Shown: in pieces, positions 23,961 through 32,000 of the stretch
Position numbering within the stretch: position 1 is the stretch's first letter
Layout of the letters: the number at the start of each line of letters is the position of its first letter
NCBI RefSeq assembly: GCF_965228225.1
Contig: NZ_OZ245801.1
Location: 3,957,281-3,989,280 of the forward strand
Origin: Reyranella sp.
GTDB taxonomy: Bacteria; Pseudomonadota; Alphaproteobacteria; Reyranellales; Reyranellaceae
Reading direction: 5' to 3'
Length of the DNA stretch: 32,000 nt
Translations under genes and position numbers: made by a program
Notes under the pieces: model-generated
What the model was told of the DNA's origin: nothing
The model's database searches: none
Seen by the model: only the letters and a program-made list of their open reading frames with translations

Positions 23961-26087
23961 TCAGAGCCTCAGCACCCAGGCTTCGACGTGTCCCTTGCCC
24001 TTGACCTCGATCTCGCCGCGCGATTCGAAGACGAACTGGTCCTTGAGCTTCTCGTAGACCGGCCGCGTGACCTGCACCGAGTCGGGAATGCCGCCCGATT
24101 CCATGCGGCTCGCCAGGTTCACCGTGTCGCCCCAGAGGTCGTAGATGTACTTGCTCTTGCCGATGACCCCGGCCACCACCGGACCGCTGTTGATGCCGAC
24201 ACGCAGCTTCATCGACACGCCATGCTCCATCGCGTGTTCGCGCGTGATGTGGACCATGCGGATCGCCATGCGGACCATCCGTTCGGCATGGTTGGGCACG
24301 GGAACCGGCAGGCCGCACACCGCCATGTAGGCATCGCCCACGGTCTTGATCTTCTCGATCCCGAGTTCGCTCGCCGCAACGTCGAAGCGGGTGAACAGGC
24401 CGTTCAGCAGGGTCACCACCTCGGCCGGCGGCATCTCCGACGACAGCGCCGTGAATCCCACCAGATCGGCAAAGGCTACTGTGACCTCAGCGAAGCCGTC
24501 GGCGATCCCCTTCTCGCCGCCACGCAGACGATTGGCGATCGGCGCCGGCAGCACGTTGAGCAGGAGTTCCTCGTTCTCCCGGTTCTTCGTTTCGATGACC
24601 AGATTCTTCTGGTTGATGTCATCGATCATGCCGTTGAAGGCGAGGCAGAGCTGTCCGATCTCGTCGCGCGTCCGCACCGGTACATGCGCCTCGAAATCTC
24701 CAGCCGCGAAGCGGCGTACGCCGGCGGTGAGTTCGCGCAAGGGTCCGAGCAGCGACCGCGAGAGCCAGGCCCCCGTCACCACCACGACGAAGAAGGCGAT
24801 CGCCCCTACGATCAGCAGGTCGCGTTCCAGTCGGTACACCGGCTCGAACGCTTCCGAACTGTCGATCTTGGCGACCAGGCCCCATTTGATACCGGAAGTC
24901 CGGACAGGCCCCCAAGACGCGAGGGTGGGAACACCGCGATAGCCTAGAATTTCTCCAACCCCCTCGACCCCGCCGACCGCGGCGCGTGTCGCTGCGGTAT
25001 CCGCATGCTGGTGCAGGATGGGCGAGCCGAAACGCTTGATGGCAGCGATGTCCTCATCGGAGGCGCCCCCGACCTTCAGATCGGAAAAATAGACACCGGG
25101 ATTCTCGAAGAAATTGCGGCCGCTCGACCGAACCATGAGATCGGGACCGACCAGGTAGGTCTCGCCGGTGGCCCCAAATCCCTCGTTGCGCCAGCGTCGG
25201 CCACCCGTAACGATGGCGTCGATCTCGTCGACCGAAAGTTCCGCGACCAGCACCCCCGTCACAACACCCTGGTCGATGATCGGGGCGGCCATGAAGGCTT
25301 CCGGAGCGCCATCCGACGGCAGGTAGGCCGAGAAGTCCTCGAGGCAGGTGGCAGACGGATCGGGCGCCGTTGCGCAGCGGGCAGCCGCCGCGGCCAGGTT
25401 GGAATGCCGATAGGGCCCCGCGCGCAGCGACGTGGCGAAATCGGCATCCTTGTCGACGGTGTAGATCAGCCGCCCGGTGCGGGGGTCGACGATCATGAAA
25501 TCATCGAACCCCACAGTGGCCGCCGCGGTCCGCATCAGCGGATGGTAAACCGCATGGACCTTGCTGTAGGCGCTGCCGTCGCCGGCATCGTCCAGGAGAT
25601 CGCGGCGACCGTCCGGGTGGGGGTTCCTGACGATATAGAGGTCTTGCAGGAAATACGGGGCCGCGCTGGTCGGCATGAATTCGGCGGCAGGAACATCCGT
25701 GCCGAGCAGCTTGCGTACCATCGGCATGTAGTGGCCATCGTACCAGCCGTGAACGCTCTCCTTCACCTCGGGCGGCACGGGCTGCTTTTCGAACTCGTCG
25801 ACGGCCTCGCGAAAGCCGCGCGTGGCGTCCACCACCATCTTGGACGCCGCCAGCAACCGCATCTCACGGCGCACGGTCAGAAAATAGGATTCGATCTGGT
25901 GGGCCTTGGTCTCGCGCGCCGCCGTGAGCTGCGCGAAGATCGCGCGCTCCAGTGCCTCGCGGGCGCGAATGTAGCCCAGGACGCCTGTGATCATGACCGC
26001 GACCGCGCCCAGCAGCAGCAGGATCGCGAACAGCTTGGCCGCCAGGCCCCAGCGTACAGACCGTGGCTCGGCGACGGTCTCGGTCAT
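23961..26087 (-). CDS. membrane sensor adenylate cyclase (periplasmic Cache-like domain - HAMP - class III cyclase)
   Basis: 708 aa. TM1 near the N-terminus, about 370 aa extracytoplasmic, then TM2 LLIVGAIAFFVVVVTGAWL. HAMP (PLRELTAGVRRFAAGDF...EIGQL). Cyclase motifs VAFADLVGFT, KIKTVGDAYMAV and LWGDTVNLASRMES. Confidence 0.9.
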   Translation of the reverse strand: MTETVAEPRSVRWGLAAKLFAILLLLGAVAVMITGVLGYIRAREALERAIFAQLTAARETKAHQIESYFLTVRREMRLLAASKMVVDATRGFREAVDEFEKQPVPPEVKESVHGWYDGHYMPMVRKLLGTDVPAAEFMPTSAAPYFLQDLYIVRNPHPDGRRDLLDDAGDGSAYSKVHAVYHPLMRTAAATVGFDDFMIVDPRTGRLIYTVDKDADFATSLRAGPYRHSNLAAAAARCATAPDPSATCLEDFSAYLPSDGAPEAFMAAPIIDQGVVTGVLVAELSVDEIDAIVTGGRRWRNEGFGATGETYLVGPDLMVRSSGRNFFENPGVYFSDLKVGGASDEDIAAIKRFGSPILHQHADTAATRAAVGGVEGVGEILGYRGVPTLASWGPVRTSGIKWGLVAKIDSSEAFEPVYRLERDLLIVGAIAFFVVVVTGAWLSRSLLGPLRELTAGVRRFAAGDFEAHVPVRTRDEIGQLCLAFNGMIDDINQKNLVIETKNRENEELLLNVLPAPIANRLRGGEKGIADGFAEVTVAFADLVGFTALSSEMPPAEVVTLLNGLFTRFDVAASELGIEKIKTVGDAYMAVCGLPVPVPNHAERMVRMAIRMVHITREHAMEHGVSMKLRVGINSGPVVAGVIGKSKYIYDLWGDTVNLASRMESGGIPDSVQVTRPVYEKLKDQFVFESRGEIEVKGKGHVEAWVLRL

Positions 26088-26096
26088 GCCGCGCCT

Positions 26097-26831
26097 CTAT
26101 CCCTTCTTGGCGCCGTAAGTGCCGCCGGAGTTGATGGCGCGGATCTCGGCCGCGCTCTTGGCCTTGCGCATCTTCTCGAGCTTCTCGGCCTCGTCGGCCA
26201 GCATGGCCTGGGCGTTCGTCAGCACCGCGCGCGCATGCTGGGCGGGGAACTTGACCGCGCCGTTCTCGTCCATGTGGATCAGCTCGCCCGGCGCCACGTC
26301 CATGCCGCCGACCGACACGGGCGCATTGACCGACTGCACCGCCATTTCGCCATGGCCGGCCGTCACGCCGCCCAGCAGCATCTGGAACTTCATGCGCCGG
26401 ATCGCGTCGACGTCGCGCGACGGGCCGTTGGACAACAGGCCGACACACCCGACCGCCTGCATTGAGGTCGTCATCATCTCGCCCGCGAGGCCCGCCTTGT
26501 TCATCAGCTCGGGCGGCCACTTCTGCTGGATGACCAGGATCGTCGGCTTCTTCATGGCGTCGAGCGCGTCGACCACGTCCATGAAGGTGAGCCGGCCGGC
26601 GAAGTTCGGATCCGGCAGGCCATACACGCAGGTCACGGCATAGCCGATGATGGCCCCCATCTCGGGGTACATGCAGCGGATCGACGTGTCGGTGTACCAG
26701 TTCTCGGTCCAGGGATTGTAGAGGCCGAGGCAGAGGGGATTCTTCGGATAGGTCGCCACGACATTGGTGATGGTCGGCGTGTCGATCTTGCGCAGCTCGG
26801 CGAACAGCTGGTCTTCGGAAAGCTCGGTCAT
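26097..26831 (-). CDS. RraA family protein (RraA / HMG-CHA aldolase-like) with C-terminal helical extension
   Basis: Internal start MTELSEDQLF at 26831. RraA-fold pattern GLLSNGPSRDVDAI and NAPVSVGGMDVAPGELIHMDENGAVKFP. About 40 extra Lys/Ala/Glu-rich residues at the C-terminus. Confidence 0.8.
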   Translation of the reverse strand: MTELSEDQLFAELRKIDTPTITNVVATYPKNPLCLGLYNPWTENWYTDTSIRCMYPEMGAIIGYAVTCVYGLPDPNFAGRLTFMDVVDALDAMKKPTILVIQQKWPPELMNKAGLAGEMMTTSMQAVGCVGLLSNGPSRDVDAIRRMKFQMLLGGVTAGHGEMAVQSVNAPVSVGGMDVAPGELIHMDENGAVKFPAQHARAVLTNAQAMLADEAEKLEKMRKAKSAAEIRAINSGGTYGAKKG

Positions 26832-26905
26832 GTCGATGGTTTCCCCTGGATACGGGCTCGTTCTTCGCGCGAATGACGGCGGCGGGCAAGCCCCCGCCCC
26901 ATCGC

Positions 26906-27835
26906 TCAGCGTGCCTGTCGCCGCTTCCACCATTCCGCAAGCTCGCCGACCACACCCTTGCGGAAGGCGAGCACGATGACCACGAAGATCGCGCCCTGGA
27001 TCACCAGGACGAACTCGCCGGTCGCGGCGAGGTAGTTCTGCATCGTGATGATGATGAAGGCGCCGACCACCGGGCCGACGATCGTGCCCAGGCCGCCCAC
27101 GAGCGCCATCAGAACGACCTCGCCCGACATGGCCGCACTCACGTCCGTGAGGGTGGCGAACTGGAGCACCATGGCTTTGGTCGCCCCGGCGAGGCCGGCC
27201 AGCGCCGCCGAGAGCACGAAGGCCAGCAGCTTGTAGCGGTCGGCCTCGTAGCCCAGCGACTGCGCGCGCTGTTCGTTGTCGCGAATGGCCTTCAGCACCT
27301 GCCCGAACGGCGAATGGATGATTCGGTAGATGGCGCAGTAGCCGAACACGAAGATGGCCAGGACGACGTAGTAGAGGACGCGATCGTCCTTGGTCGGTAT
27401 GAGCCCGCCCAGCAGCGCCTTGCGCGGAATGCCCTGCAGCCCGTCCTCGCCGTGCGTGAACGGCGCCTGGACGCAGAAGAAGTAGATCATCTGCGCGAAG
27501 GCCAGCGTGATCATGGCGAAGTAGATGCCCTGGCGGCGGATCGCCAGCGCGCCCGTCACCAGACCGACCAGCGCCGCGCCGCAGACCCCGGCCAGCAGGC
27601 CGAGTTCCGGCGGCATGTCCCAGGCCTTCACGACATGGCCGAAGAAGTAGCCCGCGGTCCCGAAGAACATGGCGTGGCCGAAGCTCATCAGCCCGACATA
27701 GCCCAGCAGCAGGTTGAAGGCGCAGGCGAACAGCGCGAAGCACAGCGCCGTCATCAGGAACACCGGATAGGCGAACCAGGGCGCGGCCAGCGCGAGGACG
27801 GCCAGGACGGCGACGAGGAGGCGTTGCGCGTTCAT
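26906..27835 (-). CDS. branched-chain amino acid (HAAT family) ABC transporter permease, LivM-type
   Basis: Internal start MNAQRLLVAV at 27835 with ATGA overlap to the upstream permease. Has NLLLGYVGLMSFGHAMFFG and the ...RDNEQRAQSLGY motif. Confidence 0.9.
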   Translation of the reverse strand: MNAQRLLVAVLAVLALAAPWFAYPVFLMTALCFALFACAFNLLLGYVGLMSFGHAMFFGTAGYFFGHVVKAWDMPPELGLLAGVCGAALVGLVTGALAIRRQGIYFAMITLAFAQMIYFFCVQAPFTHGEDGLQGIPRKALLGGLIPTKDDRVLYYVVLAIFVFGYCAIYRIIHSPFGQVLKAIRDNEQRAQSLGYEADRYKLLAFVLSAALAGLAGATKAMVLQFATLTDVSAAMSGEVVLMALVGGLGTIVGPVVGAFIIITMQNYLAATGEFVLVIQGAIFVVIVLAFRKGVVGELAEWWKRRQAR

Positions 27836-28713
27836 TTGGTCTGCCCGAACAGGCCGGCCGGCTTGACCAGCAGGACGAGCGCCATGACGACGAAGATCAC
27901 CGTGTTGGAAGCCGGCGGATAGAAGACCTTGGTCAGGCCCTCGACGAGGCCGAGGCCGAAGCCGGTGACGATCGAGCCCATGATCGAGCCCATGCCACCG
28001 ATCACAACGACCGCGAAGACGACCAGCACGAGGTTGACGCCCATCAGGGCCGAGACCTGCTGGATCGGCGCGGCGAGCACGCCGGCCAGCGCCGCAAGCG
28101 CCACGCCCAGCCCATAGGTGAGGGTGATCAGCCGCGGCACGTTGATGCCGAAGGCCCGAACCAACGTCGGGTTCTCGGTCGCCGCCCGCAGGTAGGCGCC
28201 GAGCTTGGTACGCTCGATGCCGTACCAGGTGGCGAGACAGATCACGAGCGCCGCCACCACGACGAAGGCGCGATAGGTCGGCAGGAACATGAAGCCGAGA
28301 TTGAAACCGCCCGGGATCGGGTTGGGATAGGGCGCGCCGGACGAGCCCCACTTCCACTGGAAGAGGCCTTCGATCACCAGCGCGAGGCCGAAGGTCAGCA
28401 GGAAGCCGTAGAGGTGATCGAGATGGTAGATGCGTTTCAACATCAGCTTCTCGAGCACGATGCCGAACAGGCCCACGATGATGGGGGCGATGACGAGCGC
28501 TGCCCAGAACGGCACATCGAGGAGGCCGAGCAGCAGCCAGGCGGCGAAGGCCCCCATCATGTACTGGGCGCCGTGCGTGAAGTTGATGACGTTCAGCATG
28601 CCGAAAATGACGGCAAGGCCGAGGCTGAGCATGGCGTAGAAAGCGCCGTTGATCAGGCCGAGCAGGAGCTGGCCGAACAGCGCCTGGGGAGGAATGCCTA
28701 GAAGTTCGAACAT
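27832..28713 (-). CDS. branched-chain amino acid (HAAT family) ABC transporter permease, LivH-type
   Basis: 293 aa. LGLINGAFYAMLSLGLAVIFGMLNVINFTHG is typical of LivH. Confidence 0.9.
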   Translation of the reverse strand: MFELLGIPPQALFGQLLLGLINGAFYAMLSLGLAVIFGMLNVINFTHGAQYMMGAFAAWLLLGLLDVPFWAALVIAPIIVGLFGIVLEKLMLKRIYHLDHLYGFLLTFGLALVIEGLFQWKWGSSGAPYPNPIPGGFNLGFMFLPTYRAFVVVAALVICLATWYGIERTKLGAYLRAATENPTLVRAFGINVPRLITLTYGLGVALAALAGVLAAPIQQVSALMGVNLVLVVFAVVVIGGMGSIMGSIVTGFGLGLVEGLTKVFYPPASNTVIFVVMALVLLVKPAGLFGQTK

Positions 28714-28720
28714 GGCGGCC

Positions 28721-29417
<697 letters not shown>

Positions 29418-29425
<8 letters not shown>

Positions 29426-30176
29426 GACCGGTTCCGACATAAGCCTCAACGACGGCGGGATGTTTGGACACCGTGGCGTAAGGCCCCTCGGCCAATACCT
29501 CACCGCGCGCCAGCACGGTGATCGTGTCCGAAAGGTCGGCAACGACGGACATGTTGTGCTCGACCATCAGGACAGTGCGGTCCCTGGAGACGGTGCGGAT
29601 GAGCTCGGCGATGCGCTTGATGTCTTCCTGGCCGAGGCCGGCCATCGGTTCGTCGAGCAGCATCATCTCGGGCTCGAGCGCCAGGGTCGTGGCGATCTCC
29701 AGCGCGCGCTTGCGCCCATAAGGCAGGTCGACCGCCTGCGCCTCCGCGAACTCCGCGAGGCCCACGGCCTCGACCAGCTCCAACGCCCGCGCGTCGAGCC
29801 GTCCCAGCACGCTCTCGGAACGCCAGAACTGGAAGGAAATGCCGAGTTTGCGCTGCAGGGCGACGCGCACGTTTTCACGCACACTGAGATGGGGAAACAC
29901 CGCGGAAATCTGGAAGGACCGGGCCAGTCCCATGCGCGCGATCGCCGCCGGCGAACTGCCGGTGATGTTGCGTCCATTGAAGTGAATCTGCCCCGCCGTC
30001 GGCGACAGGAAGTGCGTCAGCAGATTGAAGCACGTCGTTTTGCCGGCGCCATTTGGCCCGATCAAGGCGTGAATTGTGTGCCGTTTCACGCGCAAATTGA
30101 CGTTCTTGACCGCGACGAAGCCCTTGAACTCCTTCGTCAGCCCGGTTGCCTCGAGAATTATTTCTTCGTTGGCCAT
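29418..30176 (-). CDS. HAAT family ABC transporter ATP-binding protein, LivG-type
   Basis: 252 aa. Walker A GPNGAGKTT, LPYGRKRALEIA and MMLLDEPMAGL. Confidence 0.9.
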
Positions 30177-30301
30177 CGGCTCTCCCTGTGTCGCGAATAA
30201 ATCGAAGCTTTGAGCCGCTGTCCAGCACTGGCGTCGCGTTCGACAGATGGATAGATTTCCGATTACTGAAAACGGGGAAAAACATTGGGAGGATTAAAAC
30301 C

Positions 30302-31528
30302 GTGAAGCTCACAACCAGTATCAGGCACGCCGGAGCGGCGGCCGCCGTCGCCGGTCTCGCCATCATCGGCATGGCCGCCTATGCCCAGGCGCAGGCGCCT
30401 CAGCCGCTGAAGATCGGCGTCATGGAAGGCTTTTCCGGCGTCTATGGCGATCTCACCCAGGGCGAAGTCGAGGCCATGCAGATGGCGATCGAGGATTTCG
30501 GCGGGAAGGTTCTCGGCCGCCCGATCGAGATCCTGCAGGCCGACCATCAGACCAAGCCCGATGTCGGCGCGGCGATCGCCCGCAAGTGGTACGACGTCGA
30601 CGGTGTGAAGATGATCACCGGCATCGGCACCTCGTCGGTGGCGCTGGCGGTGCGCAAGATTGCCCAGGAAAAGGGCATGATCGACATCAATACCGGCGCG
30701 GCCTCGGCCGACCTGACCGGCGCAGCCTGCTCGCCGACCGGCGCGCATTGGGTGTACGACACCTACGCGCTGGCCAAGGTCACCGGCGGCGCGGTCGTCA
30801 AGGACGGCGGCGACTCCTGGTACTTCCTCACCGCCGACTACGCGTTCGGCCACGCGCTCGAGCGTGACGTGACCGCGGTCGTGACGGCGGCCGGCGGCAA
30901 GGTCCTGGGGGGCGTCAGGCATCCGCTCAGCACGCAGGACTTCTCGTCCTTCCTGCTGCAGGCCCAGGCGTCGAAGGCCAAGGTCATCGGCCTCGCCAAT
31001 GCGGGCCAGGACACGATCAACGCGATCAAGCAGGCGGGCGAATTCGGCATCACCAAGGCCGGCCAGCGCCTCGCGGGTCTGCTGGTCTTCTCGACCGACG
31101 TGGCGGCGCTCACCCTGCCGGTGGCGCAGGGCCTCGTCCTGACCGAAGCCTTCTACTGGGATCTCAACGACGAGACCCGGGCCTGGACCAAGCGCTTCCG
31201 CGCCAAGAAGGACAAGATCCCCAGCATGCTGACGGTCGGCGTCTATAGCTCGACCCTGCACTACCTCAAGGCCGTGCAGGCCGCCGGCACCGACGAACCG
31301 AAGGCGGTGATGGCGAAGATGCGGGAGATCCCCGTCAACGACGTGATGACCAAGAACGGCAAGCTTCGCGAGGACGGCCGACTGGAGCGTGACATGTACC
31401 TGTTCCAGGTCAAGACGCCGGCTGAGTCCAAGAGCAAGGACGACATCTACAAGCTCATCGCCACGGTGCCGGGCAACGAAGCCTATCGTCCGATGAAGGA
31501 CGGCAACTGCCCGCTCGTGAAGAAGTGA
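30302..31528 (+). CDS. ABC transporter substrate-binding protein (Leu/Ile/Val-binding-protein family, type I PBP)
   Basis: GTG 30302 with GGGAGGA 8 nt upstream. Signal ...AVAGLAIIGMAAYAQA. LKIGVMEGFSGVYGD... is typical of the family. Divergent from the ABC operon. Confidence 0.9.
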   Translation: MKLTTSIRHAGAAAAVAGLAIIGMAAYAQAQAPQPLKIGVMEGFSGVYGDLTQGEVEAMQMAIEDFGGKVLGRPIEILQADHQTKPDVGAAIARKWYDVDGVKMITGIGTSSVALAVRKIAQEKGMIDINTGAASADLTGAACSPTGAHWVYDTYALAKVTGGAVVKDGGDSWYFLTADYAFGHALERDVTAVVTAAGGKVLGGVRHPLSTQDFSSFLLQAQASKAKVIGLANAGQDTINAIKQAGEFGITKAGQRLAGLLVFSTDVAALTLPVAQGLVLTEAFYWDLNDETRAWTKRFRAKKDKIPSMLTVGVYSSTLHYLKAVQAAGTDEPKAVMAKMREIPVNDVMTKNGKLREDGRLERDMYLFQVKTPAESKSKDDIYKLIATVPGNEAYRPMKDGNCPLVKK

Positions 31529-31551
31529 TGCCTTGCGGATCATGAACGATG

Positions 31552-31581
31552 AAAAGGGCACCTGCGGGTGCCCTTTTCTTT
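31552..31581 (+). terminator. rho-independent terminator
   Basis: Stem AAAAGGGCACC, loop TGCG, stem GGTGCCCTTTT, followed by CTTT. Starts 24 nt after the SBP stop. Confidence 0.8.
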
Positions 31582-31705
31582 GCCTGAATGAACAGAGAGT
31601 CGAGGGGCTCATCGCCGGGCCCTTCATTCCTTGACGATATGGATGCCTTGCCTGTCAGATGGGGGCCAGCGTCCGGTCGAACAGGACGCGGGGAGAAACG
31701 CGCAA

Positions 31706-32000
31706 GTGACCGTCCACGATCGGCCCCTCAAGGGGGCCTGGGGCATGACCGCCCTGCTCTTCCTCTTCATGCTCATCAACTTCGCCGACAAGGTGGTGGT
31801 CGGCCTGGCCGCGGTTCCCCTCACCCGCGACCTTGGCCTGACACCCGAGCAGTTCGGCGATATCGGCTCGGCCTTCTTCCTGCTCTTCGCCGTCTCGGCG
31901 ATCGTCGTCGGCTTCATCTCCAACCGCGTGCAGACCAGGCACACGCTGCTGGTCATGGCGATCATCTGGTCGATCGTGCAGTTTCCGATGCTGGGGTTGG
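31706..32000 (+). CDS. MFS transporter (anion:cation-symporter-like), 5' partial, runs off the window
   Basis: Not in the ORF track because it has no stop. The frame is open to the window end. Sequence LLFLFMLINFADKVVVGLAAVPLTRDLGLTPEQFGDIGSAFFLLFA is typical of MFS TM1-TM2. GTG 31706 follows GGGGAGAA. ATG 31643 and ATG 31745 are alternatives. Confidence 0.75.
   Translation, partial: MTVHDRPLKGAWGMTALLFLFMLINFADKVVVGLAAVPLTRDLGLTPEQFGDIGSAFFLLFAVSAIVVGFISNRVQTRHTLLVMAIIWSIVQFPMLGL

Overview
High-GC (roughly two-thirds G+C by eye), densely coding chromosomal segment of alphaproteobacterial (Hyphomicrobiales-like) character: Bug/TctC receptor, HAAT-type ABC genes, GTCATCCTGAGCGCAGCGAAGGATC-type palindromic repeats. 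I can support about 38 CDS (two partial at the window edges), one tRNA-Arg(CCG), two REP-like nested palindromes at convergent gene junctions, one clean rho-independent terminator and a few candidate regulatory sites. All product calls rest on motif and family recognition in the supplied translations; no database search was run. Many long ORFs in the track are high-GC shadow frames, or 5'-extended versions of real genes that I trimmed to internal starts with RBS or signal peptides. I see no CRISPR, IS element, integrase, phage or recognisable defence genes. The most interesting region is 9.7-16.3 kb. It holds two divergent UbiD-family (prFMN) decarboxylase paralogues and one UbiX. They are embedded with an SRPBCC/AHSA1 protein, an exported non-canonical CopC-fold protein whose start overlaps the UbiX stop, a FUSC/ArAE-type exporter and a Bug-type solute receptor. 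This accessory combination is not one I know from characterised UbiD systems. Other points: a low-GC, atypical-codon single-gene islet directly 3' of tRNA-Arg; an OhrR-type regulator divergent from a GMC oxidoreductase with duplicated TATCGCGATA palindromes; a partner-less RND adaptor lacking its alpha-hairpin; a sensor adenylate cyclase 9 nt downstream of an RraA-like gene behind an ABC importer; and four adjacent small exported proteins of unknown function.
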